From contig CDMY01000553.1 in the NCBI GenBank assembly GCA_001179505.1, positions 248,001 through 312,000 on the forward strand: 64,000 nt of DNA, written 5' to 3'. The notes under the pieces are model-generated. The model ran no database searches and was not told the origin of the DNA. It saw nothing but the letters and a program-made list of their open reading frames with translations. Position 1 is the first letter of the stretch. Every line of letters begins with the position of its first letter. The DNA comes from Vitrella brassicaformis CCMP3155 (taxonomy: Eukaryota; Protista; Chromerida). Shown here in pieces: positions 37,341-51,440 of the stretch. The position numbers and the translations under genes were made by a program.

Positions 37341-38384
37341 GCCACCGACGCGTCTATCCGCTGAAAGCTCATGGCTTTGGATGCCGGGCCGCGGCCTGAG
37401 GCTGTCCCCTCGCTGTTGTTCTTCAGTCCTCTCTCAACTCGCCCTTGAGAATATTCATCCAGCTTCACACGGCTGAATGGCTGGTGCGGCGATGCTGCTG
37501 CGGCGAACGTTAACATTTTTCAGGAACGGTGCAGGGGCGCTTTTGTAGACGGTGAAGATTGATGAACTCTCGCTGCTGTATCGTCTCAGTGCTCGATTCT
37601 CGCCATATATTTTTAGATTTACTTCACACTTGGGGGCGTCTCCCCGTCTCTCCCTAAAGCTCTCAGTGGAGTGCTGCAGAGTTCCTGATCCACTGAGCTT
37701 AGGTGCAAGAAAAGGCCATCATGTCATTACGAGGTTGGGACGCAATGTGGAGAAATGTGGGCGGTCCACCCATGGATGCACCGCGTTCACTCTCACTGTG
37801 TCTTTGTGCTGATGCAAGCAGAGGCAAAGAAGCCATGCATGGAAGGAATGGGAGCCGCCGTACTGCCATCGCAGTTGCAGGCCTTCTGGTGGAGGGTCCA
37901 TATTCTGTACGCGTCTTTGTGTCACGCTCCCGCCCACAATGTTCGGCATTCCACGGATTAAGGGTCGAGAGACCGTCAGTACCATCGTCAGTCACTTGCC
38001 TTTGCGTTGTGTTTTGCTGGGCTCCATATGTTGACGTGTTCATTCGTGTCTCACGTGCGGTGATGAGCCGACTGGGCGCGATAGATCCCTTTAGTGGTAG
38101 GTAGCAGAAAGAGCTTAGGTGCATGTGGGTATGCAGCAGCAGAGGCATGATGGCCATCCAGCTATCTCGCCCCCAGCGCATGAAGGCCCTCACGCCACAC
38201 AATCGATCTCATCGACAAACGACACGGACAGCCCGCCAGATAGGAAAACACATACGCAAAATGAGTAAAGCGAGCTACTTATGGTACAGCGATCATGCGC
38301 AGAGAAGTGAAGAGCAGTCAGCAGACGTCCGCACACATACGTACACACGTGTACGAGGCATGCTGTGCCCACCGACCGACACAT

Positions 38385-40338
38385 TCATGCGCTCTTGGCG
38401 ACACCGCCGCTCACAACATGCCATACCTCGATCTCCTTTGCGTGAAATGTGAATCCTCCCGCCAGTGTGCCTTGGCCGTAGTCGTTGCATTGGTCGAGGT
38501 AGCCATCAGGCAGGTCGTCCTTGTTGATATGATTGTTGCAGCACCGCACGTCATCTGCCGGGCCGGGGGCGGCCCACGCAAGCCACAGGTATCCCTCACC
38601 CAAATACAACTGCCCTCAGCAATGTAACAGCCGTGTCCTTCTGTTCGTGCTGCTTTGTTCTTCCCACCTTGCCCCTCTTCCCACCTTGCCACGTGAGTCC
38701 TGATTGCTGGCCTCGATGGAGGCGTCGCGGCCGGCGACCTCGACCCTCTGTTTGGCCTCGGGGATGGGCACCTTGGTGACTTTGCCGTAGGCTCCGCTGA
38801 TGGAGATGAAGAAGTGCGGCACCTTGTAGTGTCCGCTGGTCTGTGTGGGGTCGGCGGGCGGCTTAAGTCGGCCGTCGACAAAGGCGCCGAATCGGTATGT
38901 GTCGTTGTGGTTGATGAGGAAGAGCAGACCGCTCGCATCGCCCGCCTTGTCCACCATCGTGCCGAAGTCACCACCGTCACGACTAGACCTGACAAACGGC
39001 GGGAGCCGCTTCTCTTTGACAGTGGCAGTATGGAGCATTCGTGGCTGCTCACCTGTACGACAGCGACGCCCTGCATGCCGGTTTGTCGATCATGTCCAGC
39101 ACACTCACCCACTCCTCTGCAGACTTGATGATGAAATCACCACCAGGCGGCAGATGACAGATCGGGGCGCGGGAGAGGCCGTACATCTCCATGTCCTCGA
39201 TACACAGCCGTCGCGCGCACAGCCGCCACCTGGGGGGCTCAATCGGTGGGGGTGTGATCAGCTGTCCCGGCGGCATGGTCGCATGCGCCTGGCAAACTCC
39301 ACTGCGGTGATGAAATGCTTCGCGGGGGTTTCTCTGACGCGCCGATCAGGCCAGTTCGGGGCAGTGCTGCACGAGCAAATCATCACAGGAAGAGTCAAAG
39401 CACAGGACTGTCGTGTGCCCCCCTTACTCGGAGAATCGTGTCAGCAGGGGGTGATCGTCACCCAGCCGACACAGCGTCTTTTTCATGATAGTCACCCGGC
39501 GGCCCAGGACGGTCAGGCTCAGTAGGGCATTGTCGGCATCGCTCGAGCTTTTCATGAAGGGATCCATGTCCGCCAGGAACGCCTTGATGTCATCCCCAAT
39601 CCGCCACAGCCCCTTGATGGCATTCACATAGGCGCGAGTCGACTTCTCGATGAAATCAACGCACAGCTGTGTGGCCTCCTTGACACCCGCATCGTGAGCA
39701 GGCACAGCATCGAGCGGTGTCTGCTGGTCAGCCGATGGAGAGAACGCCGAAATCTCCCGCATGAAGAGGGAGTGGTACTCGCTGTAAGCCGGGTCAGCCG
39801 CCTTGGAGGGCGGCAGGTCGACAGTGTTGGTACGGCCGGTCTCGTAGAGCGTCAGCTCGTCCAGCAAAGCCTCAAAGTATGCAGGTGAGGTCTCCAGATA
39901 GACATGGCCGTCGGCATCTCGCGGGAGGCCGTCAGCGAAGTGCATCAGCAGGACAGAGATGTATCGCTGGCGCATGAAGGGCATCAGCAGGCCTCGGCGG
40001 CTCACTGGGTAGACGAATCCACCTGAAGGAAGAACACAGGTCAGCGCACACACAACAGACCAATGACATCGATAAAGTGGACTGCCATTGTGTCTTGGCC
40101 TTCTCTCCCAGGGCCTGCGCTGCACAGTATTACCCGCGTTGATGAGCACCTCTCCGGAGGTCTCAGGTTGCTCCCACAAACCACTTCTGGCAGCCACTGA
40201 GGCCATGATTTCCTCTCCCAGCTGCTTGGCGCCCTCTCTGGCGTTGCTCTCGAGCTAACGCATTCTGTCGAGGGATTGGTCGCACTCGCAGATGAGTCGT
40301 GCAACAGATGAACGCCCTGGCAGCGACGCAGACATCAT
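38385..40338 (-). pseudogene. BTB-BTB-TLDc paralog with an in-frame stop and a frameshift
   Basis: Paralog of 57173-59152. TAG at 40257-40255 interrupts DRMR*LESNAREG. At about 39277, RRMR PCRRDS* versus the shifted MPPGQLI (paralog: RRIAMLKGQLI). The TLDc exons are otherwise intact. Confidence 0.65.
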
Positions 40339-40428
40339 CACTCTGCCCACGGAAGCGGAGATCTGTGGGGGAAAACAGGCGAAATCCTTCGCCGATCCGT
40401 CTGCGAGCTTAGATACAAAACGGAGGGG

Positions 40429-42299
40429 ATGGCGGATTTGATGGCATCGGGTGAGGGAGGGCGGCGTCCCAGCACGTCCTCCCTGCTCTTGTTCGGATGC
40501 GCCGAGAGGATGGAGTGGGACAAGGTCAAGGACATGACAAGGAGGGAGAACGACCTTCTCCGCACCGCCGACAAGAACCGCGACGGATGGACGCTGGCGC
40601 ACTACGCTGCGGTCGGTAACCAAAGCAATGGACCCACGGTCAGGATGCGTGTGTTGCTCTCGTGACTGCGCTGCCTTTCTGTCTGCAGGTTCAGAACAAT
40701 GTGTCGGCTTTGACGTGGCTGAAGGGCGAGGGCGCGCCCCTCCGGCAGCGGAGTCTGCAGAACCGCACGCCGCTGCACGAGGCCATGCGCATCCACCAGG
40801 GCCGCATTGAAGTCAGCCCCAAACGGGGATCGGGAGGCGCACGAGACCTTAAAGACGCCATAGAGTTTCTCCTGCAGAATGCGTGAGTGGCCCGGGGGAT
40901 CGTTCGGCTGGGATGAATGTGTTGTGTTGTGTTGTGTTTGCCTGTGTGTGTGTGCAGGTACACAGCGGCTGAGCGTTTGTATTACGGTGAGGGGCTGACG
41001 GAGGGCGAAGAGGACGCGCAGCAGCGGGTGCAGACGATGGAAAGGGAATTCACCGCCCACCCCGACGGTAGGTACACCACACAGACGCACACACACTCAC
41101 TCACTCATGTCTGTGGTATGAGAGGGTGTGTGTGTTGGTTGTTTGACGTAGAGGTGAACAGCATGATAGAGGACCTGGAGCTGCCCTGGATCGTCTACTG
41201 CACGCAGGAAAGGAGGCTCCCCGACCTCAAGTGAGTCACTGAATGAGTTACTTGCACACCATACAGACGACTCACCACCGCCGTCCATCCATCCATCCAT
41301 CCCATCTGACCGTCGCAGGTGGTTGGTGGCTCACGGAGGCGACATCGCCCACCGCGACAACAGCGGCCACACCCTGCTGCACCTGCTCTTCTACGCTGAG
41401 GAAGACCTAGACACAGAACTGGTCAGCCACACGCACACACACACACATCGTCCCTCTTTCCTTCCCATTTCATTCATCTCATTCTCTCAGGATGACCTCA
41501 TCCCAGAGAATGATGGAGACCACCAGCAGCAGCAGCAGCAGGGTGCTGGGGGTGATCCCGAGGCCCGCAAGGCGAGACGACACCAGCCAGACGCTGCTGA
41601 GGCAAGTGCGAGTGCAAGTGCGAGCGCAAGTGCGAGCGGCTCTGGTGGGAGGGAGGCGTCGAGCGGCATTGCCAGCCCGGGCGATGTGCTCGAGTTCCTT
41701 ATCGAAGCCACACAAGGGGAGCTGGTCTACGCACGGTGGGCAGCAGGGTGGATGGATGGACCAGCACAACCACGGACGGATGTGCATTCGCTGTTTGTGC
41801 AGGAACACTGACGGCGAGACGCCAGCCATGGTGTGTGCGGACAGAGTGCTCGATCCGTCCCTTGCCCTTGACCTCCTCAAGATACTGCACAAAGCCGGCG
41901 CCGACATGAAGGTAGGTGCACATGGCACACACACGACCCCTGCTAACTGCCCAGCCTCCACGCATAACTATTTTGTTATGTTATGCAGGCAGTGAGTGCG
42001 GATGGCGTGACAGTGCCGATGCGGCTGGCGCAGTCGTTTGGCGACGGCCCGTGGCTGGAGTGGGCCTTCAAGCAGCCACCGGAGGGACCGGGGTGCGACA
42101 GAGAGGCGAAGGACTTCAAAGGTCGACCTAGCCTTCGCAGTACACACCACATGTGCACCATAGTTAGAGTGTGTGTGTGTGTGTGTGTGGGCGCCCAGGT
42201 AACGATTTGTCGTATTATCTGGCTGTGTACGCGGAGAACGAGATGGACTCGCTCTCCAGCGGGGATGAAGATGAAGATGATGACGACGATGACATCTAA
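40429..42299 (+). CDS. Ankyrin-repeat protein with acidic C-terminal tail
   Basis: DGWTLAHYAAV, QNRTPLHEA, AHRDNSGHTLLHLL, NTDGETPAMVCA, ADGVTVPMRLA. The last exon reads ..SSGDEDEDDDDDDI*. Confidence 0.8.
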
Positions 42300-42549
42300 A
42301 CCTGCCCGTTCACACACACAGACACACACAGGTTTGTGGCTGCGTGTCTGCGTGGGTGTCTTGTGCCTTATGTGTACTTATGTGTGTTGCTGCACGTCTG
42401 ACAATGGTTCGGACACACTCACACACGAAGCCTTAGTGCTCGTCAATCAAAGGTCTATTTGTTCGCTTCGGTCGAATGACCCGACCGACCCACATGTCAG
42501 TAGCCACATATATACCTCTAGGGTATCCCCCCTCCTGTGCATGGATCCA

Positions 42550-44286
42550 TCAAGCATTCCTGCCACCCCTCAGCCTCGCCCGAGCGATCTTGTGTGCAGT
42601 CATAGCCAGCCTCCCCTTCCCCCTCCCTCCCCCACTCCCCCGCCCCCTCTGGTCTCTCTTCTGTCTCTCCCGCTCTCTCTGCCCATCCCAGTCGACCATC
42701 AAGGGGTCCACCGGGGCACTCATGCCGCTCTGGTATGGCCTCCTCGGCTTCCTCACGGCATGGGGGTTTGTCCAGAAGACGTCAGGGGGCGGCTGGTAGT
42801 CCACACCAGTGTCCGCTATGTCCAGCTGCATCTGCATCTTGGCAGCCTCGAGAAGGCGTCGGACGTAGGCATACTTCTCGTCCTTGGCGCGGAGTGTCTG
42901 CCAGGTGAAGTAGGGGATGTGGACGACCTTGAAGCCGAGGCGGGTGAGCAGCCGGTGCTTGAGCTTGGAGAAGGACGTCCAGTGGTAGGAGTTCTTGTAG
43001 AAGTGGTGGGGGCCGTCCACCTCTATGATGATGCCGCCGTCACTCAGATCCTCCTCTGCAGCACTCACACACACACACACACACACACCATCCTGCCCCT
43101 CTCCTCCTCCTCTCCCCTTCTGCGCACTGCATGCCCTCACCCCATGTGTGCTTCATGCTGTTTGCAGTGTGCTCCATCGGCCGTGCATATGGCCCCTCGG
43201 GCAGCTCGTCGGGAGGGTGTGGGTCCACACCGATGTCCTTCAGGGCCTCCTGCTCCTCGTGTGGCGTCATCGCACGCACAAAGTCCAACGTGTAGGGGCC
43301 CAGAGATATCTGACGGACGGGAAGACACATGGCAGGGTGTGTCGATGTGTGTGTGGGAGCGGGGGGGGGGGGGGGGGGGGGGGGGNNNNNNNNNNNNNNN
43401 NNNNNNNNNNNNNNNNNNNNNNNNNNNNNNNNNNNNNNNNNNNNNNNNNNNNNNNNNNNNNNNNNNNNNNNNNNNNNNNNNNNNNNNNNNNNNNNNNNNN
43501 NNNNNNNNNNNNNNNNNNNNNNNNNNNNNNNNNNNNNNNNNNNNNNNNNNNNNNNNNNNNNNNNNNNNNNNNNNNNNNNNNNNNNNNNNNNNNNNNNNNN
43601 NNNNNNNNNNNNNNNNNNNNNNNNNNNNNNNNNNNNNNNNNNNNNNNNNNNNNNNNNNNNNNNNNNNNNNNNNNNNNNNNNNNNNGGGGGGGGAGGGGGG
43701 CGCTGACTCCCTCACACACCTCGTGGTAGTGGTGGTAGTGGAGTCCCGCGGCGATGCGCCCGACCTCACGCTGGAGGGCGGATGTGATGCGCTCCTCGGG
43801 AGGCGTCTGCATGCGCACACACACACACACAAGCGGCCGTAGATGCCTTGTGATCGGAACACTGTGGTGTGTGCTGACCTTGGCCGTCCTCCATCTAATG
43901 AGGGTCTCGAGCAGCCCGTCGGGCAGATCGCCATACTCCAACGGCAAATGACCCACCCTGAATCAATCACGAAGGAAGCCAATTCACGCACGCAGGTGCA
44001 GGTGGGGATTCCTTACCTCGCTGCCATCTCGAAGACCTTGAGCTGCGTCAGGGCCACGTGGTCAAGACGGTTCTCGCGATGCACCAGCTGCACACACGAC
44101 AAACACACAACAGGGCAGGGGCATCAACTGGTCAGCGTAGATAGATAGCAGCAGTGTTTTGGGTGACCTGTTTGGTGAGCTGCATGTAGAGGTCAGGCTG
44201 GCCGAGGGAGAAGTACGTCAGGGCGAACAGCAGATTGATGAGCGTCTTGGTGCGACACGATTGCCACACACCAACTGCACACACAG

Positions 44287-44321
<35 letters not shown>

Positions 44322-46064
44322 CCAAGAAACACCAGACAGATAGCAGTGGAGAACCCGCCCAACAGGCAAGGCACGCCCTTTTGCCTCACTCACCAGGCAC
44401 GCTCTCCACCGTGTTCATGAGCATGGCCACCACCCTCTCCTCCCACACATCCAGCCGACACATCTCATACAACACCTGTACGCTCTCACCGACCGCATCG
44501 CCACTCGGCTCATGCTGCAGAGACCCCTCGAGCAGCCCCAGCAGCGGCCGCAGCACATCCGTCGGGCGGATGCGAAGCCGTCCGAAGGCCTGAAGCAGCT
44601 GCAGACACCGGGCAGTGGACAAGTGGGAGGCGGCCAGCCTGCCGCCAGACAGAGACAAAAGGGTCGGCCGGTGGGGTGACTGATGGTGGCTCTCTCTGGG
44701 CTGATTTACTTGTGGGGGAGCAGTTCGATGGCTGCCTGAATGATGTCGTCGTGGTGTATCTCCGCCGCGCCGAAGTGGTGCACCATTTCGATCATCTCAT
44801 CGGCACTCAAGTCCTGCACATACTGCGTCACCTCGCACACAAAGGAACGATAGATACCATGTCTGCTCTCCTTCCCGCCATATATCACCGGCACGCGCCT
44901 ACGTAGAGCATTCTTCTGCCAACGGCCTTGAAGAGCATGTGGAAGCTCTGCTTGAGAGTGGCGTAGCTCCCCAGGACGTCGATCCAATCTCCCCCTCTCA
45001 GCCGATCCGACTCCGGCACACGCACCCTCGTCTTGCCCTGGTGGCTCTCGTCGTCACTGCTGCTGTCGGGCGGAGCGCCCTCCAAGTACGGCTGCAGCTG
45101 GTTGCCTAAATGAACCGCATCCACAGAGATTGGTTCTGCCAGTGTTGTGTGTGCATGTGTGTGTCTTGACCGACCAATGACAGTGAGTAGGGGTCCGTGT
45201 GCGAACTGCAGGGCCGCCAGGTCCCTGAGTATCTGTACAATGGCCCTGGCGGGCAGCACGGAAAGGGTCGGCTTGTGAGCCAGGTTGTGACACAGGCCGC
45301 GTAGACACGCATCGATCCGATAGTCTGATAAACAAGTAACCACACACACAGACAGACAGGGAGAGAGAGATGCGGATTCACCTCTGCCTGCCTGCCTGCC
45401 TGCCTGAGTGCCTGCCTGCCTGCCCTTCTGCTCGCTCACTTTCTTTTGTATCGACATTGAACATGGCCATCGTGCGCAGGGCCCGAATAAGGTCGTCGGC
45501 CTTCATCCGGTGCCGCTTGCACCACTCCGTCACCTTGACAGCATACGCCTCCACAAACGCCCCATGCACATAAGGCAGACTCGCCAGCGCCTCAGCCGCG
45601 TCAACCAGGCTCTTGGGCGAGGTGAAGTGGTACAGACGCGCTATCATGTGCTCCGTCACATACGACACGAAGTCGATGGTGCCGCCTTTTCTGGCCGGCA
45701 GCGTCATGACCTGGCTGTGTGCGGGGCTGGGAGGGTACTTGTGGTAGGCTGCAATGACCACGAGGTAGTCGGACGGATGGAAGGCCGGCATGTGGGAGAG
45801 AATGAAGGGCACGAAGTCGACAGGGGCGGTGTTTGCCGCTTTGCCACCCGGATCTTCTGCACCCATCTCTCGCTCAACGAGGAACTTCCTGAGCCGCTCG
45901 ATGACTGATCGTGGCGTCATTTCACTCATCGCCGCCTCAGTTGCCAGCCTCTCCTTCTGCGCCTGTGACACCACACGCATCTTCTTTGGTGCTGCTGCAG
46001 CAGTTGAGAGCCGCCTCGATGCATGGCGAAGCGGCAGATGAGCGGTTGAAAGCCACGAGTCCAT
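42550..46064 (-). CDS. RAP-domain (FASTK-like) protein with helical repeats and probable mitochondrial presequence
   Basis: C-terminal RAP signature GPYTLDF...IIIEVDGPHHFYKNS..SKLKHRLLTRLGFKVVHIPYFTW. N-terminus MDSWLSTAHLPLRHASRRLST. Spans the gap 43386-43685, which is flanked by poly-G. Confidence 0.85.
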
Positions 46065-46389
46065 TCCGTGAGGCGGGTCAGTCGGAGCGGCCGAAACAGC
46101 AGCTGATGGACGTCGTGCTCACGAAATCTCTACAGATCTCATGCTGATGGATGTTGGCGCTTCTGATCTTCACCGAAACAGTTTGAGTCTGTCCACCATA
46201 ATTCGTTTCACAGGCACGCTACACTAACGCAAATGAACAGTCAAGCTGCAGCTTGCAGCCGTAACGCATGGAGCGGCAACGGAAGAGAGCGGCCACGCCA
46301 GAGGCGAGCAGCCGGGTGAAGTTGTCACAACTTGCCTCACCTACCTGCAGATCTTCGCGTCCTTTCTCTTCTTCGACACGAAAGGAACG

Positions 46390-47181
46390 ATGACGGCCCG
46401 TGTGCTCGGTGCTGTTCTGCTTGTCGCTCTCGCTGGCGTCGCCACCTGCGACTTCGTCCGCAAACTTGCACCTCGTGAGTGGCAAGCCAATCACATGGAG
46501 TGACTCATGGGTCTTTGCTTATGGGCTCCGTGTCTGCTTGTCGTGGTGCGTGTCTGTGCCTTCACCCATGGCTGCAGGTGATGAGCCTGCATCGGTCTGC
46601 CCAGATCCCGTGTATCGTACCACAATCCTCGACGTGAAGAACCTCAACCTCAATGACATCTTCGAGAGTACGGCAAACAGTGTCGTCAACGCCACCCTCC
46701 CTGCGGGCAAGTGGAAGCCAAAGGTACGCACTCACATATACGCACACGGCCGTGTGTCCGTGCATGGCCGGCGGGATGCACACGACGCATGTTGAATCGA
46801 GTCAGTCGAGCGTCTGTGTCGTGTGTCATAACGTCTCAGGGTGAGGTCGCACAGACGAGGGGTCCGTCGTCCTGCAGGCGTTCTCGCGATGACGATGATA
46901 ACGATGATAATGATGACGATGATGATAATGACGATAATGGTGGTGGGATCATAGGGGATCCCATTATGGTGAATTGCTTCGGATGGTAGGCGCTTGGTCG
47001 ACCCGGGCTGTTGAGATGCCCGCCTTCAATTCGACGCACATCCACATGCTGTGTGTGACATGGCCTGCTCTCCTCTTTCAGTTGGTGCTATGACGAAGCC
47101 AATTGGCTGTGTGTCGAGCCGTGCATCGAGGTCGAGGGTCCCAGAATTTCGTGCACAGTGCGCTGGTGCACCCCAAAATGA
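46390..47181 (+). CDS. Small predicted secreted protein with D/N-rich linker and Cys-rich C-terminus (4 exons)
   Basis: Signal-like MTARVLGAVLLVALAGVATC; DDDDNDDNDDDDDNDDN. Splicing GT at 46986 to AG at 47081 gives CFG/CWCYDEANWLCVEPCIEVEGPRISCTVRWCTPK*. Confidence 0.55.
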
Positions 47182-48312
47182 TTCTGAATGCACGCAATTC
47201 CGAGTACAGATGGATGAGGCCGCTGGGGGTCATGTACGGTCAGTTTTTCGGTGCATACGGTGTGTGTTGTCGTGCAGTCATATGTGCGTCCTTGCCTGTC
47301 TTCCTGACTGTCACTCATGCCGTGAATGCTGGTGCTATTCTTCAAGTGGAGATCGGCCGACTGACGAGGGTATTTTTCGTCGCATCGAAGGAGTGCCCTG
47401 TGTGTTGTGTTTCGTCATGTGTGTGGTGCGGATGCCTGTCAGCGACTCGGCCCATGTCAGTCACTGTAACTGAGTGCCTCAGTGGCTGGCTGACCGACTG
47501 TCCTTGGTGTGCATCATGCAGACGGTAGGTAGATATCCATCTGTCTATATCTCGAACGAGTAGGTCTGATGCACACATGACAATGATGACATGTGCGGCA
47601 GGCATCTAGGTATCGAAATTAGAGATGTCTTGTGCGGGGCGGGATGGACTGACCGTGGGTGGGTGGGGCGCTGCTGCACCTGATTGAGCAGCCACGTAGA
47701 CGTGTGTGAGGGGGACAGAGACACAGAGATGGTTGGTTGCGTCGGACAAGCGAATGAGACCAGTCGTAAGATTGACGGAAGTCAATCGTCACGTCAGCCA
47801 TCCATGCGCGCGTGATCTCTTTTGCGTGAAAATCGAGTGCCACAGCCGACCGACCCGACCTTGTTTTCTCGCTTTGCTTCTTGGCCGTGGAGGCCCGGTA
47901 CTGACTGTTAATCCACACGCCCGACGGCGACTCTCGCACAGAAAATTCACTCAGTCACGAAGGCTGTTGTCTCACGGATGGGCATACACTGTGTATCCCC
48001 CACCACCAACACGAAGGAGCAGGTGAGCCACACACATCTGACCGGTCCCTCGTGCAGACAGACGGTGGATGGGTACACGTAGTCTGTACGCAGCATCACC
48101 GGCCCACGATTGCAACACACGAGGAGCAGCCAGCCAGCCAGCAGCAACCGAACCGCACCGACCCCATGAGGGCAGCAAACAGCCCACGCACCGCACACCA
48201 GAACCACCGCCAACACACAAGGAGGCAGGGAGGCATACAGGCAGCCCGACAAAGGTGGGCAGCCATGCAGCCAGCCAGCCGGCCAGCCACTCATCCGTGT
48301 TGGCGGATCAGA

Positions 48313-48842
48313 TCACTCGTCGCGCTGTGCCTTCTCCTCCTGTGACTTCTTGAGTTCGTCCTGCTTCTTGGCCTTCTTCTCCTTGGCTGCGGCGGCCTTG
48401 GCCTTGCGGGCGGCCTGCTGCTCCTCCAACAACTTGGCCTTGGCCTTCTCGTTCTTGGCCTGCATTCAAAGATGACCACACACAGATCAGGGTCGTGCTT
48501 GTGGTTGTGGGCATGGTGTGTGGCGTGCGGTGGTTCTCAGTCAGTCGGTCACGCACCTTGTGGATGGCCTCGATGAGCACCCGCTTGTTCTTGAACTGGT
48601 TACCCTTCGACGCGGCGTAAAAATGGCGGTAGCTGAAACATAACAGTCACACAAGACACAACAAGACACAGGAATGGTGTGTGAGTCTTGTTCTGTGGGC
48701 AAGCACGATGACTGACGTACATGTGCTTGTCGATTTTCTTGGCGTCGCGGTACTTGCGGAGGAGCCGGCGGAGCACGCGCTGGCGTCGCATCCACAAGAC
48801 CTTCTGGGGCATTCGGGCGTCGCGAGTACCCTCACGCTTGCC

Positions 48843-48880
<38 letters not shown>

Positions 48881-49615
48881 ACCAGATGGACACACACGGC
48901 AGACGGTGTGCACATTGTGTGAGTGAGAGTGTGTGTGTGTGTCATAGGCACCGGTGCCGGTGTGTCGTCCCTTGCGCTTGGCCTCGTGGAGGCGTCGCAC
49001 GCGGGCGCGCGAGTGCATAGCCACGGGCTTGCGGATGATCAAACCATCCTCCTTCAACTTGCGGATGTTGAAACCTGTGCCGTGCCAGCACACAACACAT
49101 GCACAAGGTGCACAAACGACGTGTATTGTGTGCACCTCTGTCTGTTTGCTGCCTCTGAAACCCTCCCTCCCTCCCCCCCTGCAGTTACTTACGTGAGTTG
49201 GCCATGGAGATTTCATTGGTCTCGTTGGGGTCGAGCCAAATGCGGCCCTTGCCGCACTTCAGCACCGACGCCGCCAACCGCTTCTGAAGACGGAGCGACT
49301 GATGACACACACACGCACACACACACGGACGCACACACACCACACAAAACACCACAAGGCAGGACACAGTGAGACGTTCTCGTGCTGCAGCCGGTTCCAC
49401 TACCCCTGCCTCCCGCCTGGCTGTGGCTGTGGCTGTGGACGGCTGACACTGTGCTCCTGCTCCTTCCTCCTGACTCTCTGGCTGGCTGCATCTGGCCTCT
49501 GCCTGCCTCACTGACGCCCTCCCGTGCACCCACAGCCTCACACGCGCCGTGTGGCCCTGTCTGTCTGCTTCTTGCCAGATGACCCTTCCCTCATGTATCT
49601 GTGGCGGCTTACCAT
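48313..49615 (-). CDS. RPL19: 60S ribosomal protein L19 (eL19); first exon is the ATG only
   Basis: [99 protein letters not shown]. Confidence 0.97.
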
Positions 49616-49800
49616 CTTGGCGATGCCCTGCTTCTCCTTCTCGGCGCTGCGGAAACGGTGCGAGCTCAACAAAGAGGAAATATAAGCTCGCAGACAACCG
49701 CTCCGCCCTTTCCCTCTCTTTTTGCAGCCTCTCTCTGTCCTGCTTTGCAGCCGCAACTGCATCTTTCCTGCGCTGCTGTCTGTCGCGTGATCACATCGTC
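49616..49800. promoter_or_regulatory. 185-bp divergent spacer shared by RPL19 and TPI (putative bidirectional promoter)
   Basis: Start codons at 49615 (-) and 49801 (+). Confidence 0.5.

Positions 49801-51440
<1,640 letters not shown>

Noticed and set aside
37550-38380. ORFs 37703-38104 (+) and 37699-38202 (-)
   Set aside because: No motifs or typical codon bias; likely spacer and 3' UTR between family F and the BTB-TLDc copy.
41602-41640. (GCAAGTGCGAGT)-like repeat
   Set aside because: Encodes a simple (AS)n low-complexity stretch in the ankyrin protein.
48313-48460. K/A/E-rich C-terminal extension of RPL19
   Set aside because: A long charged C-terminal helix is normal for eukaryotic eL19.
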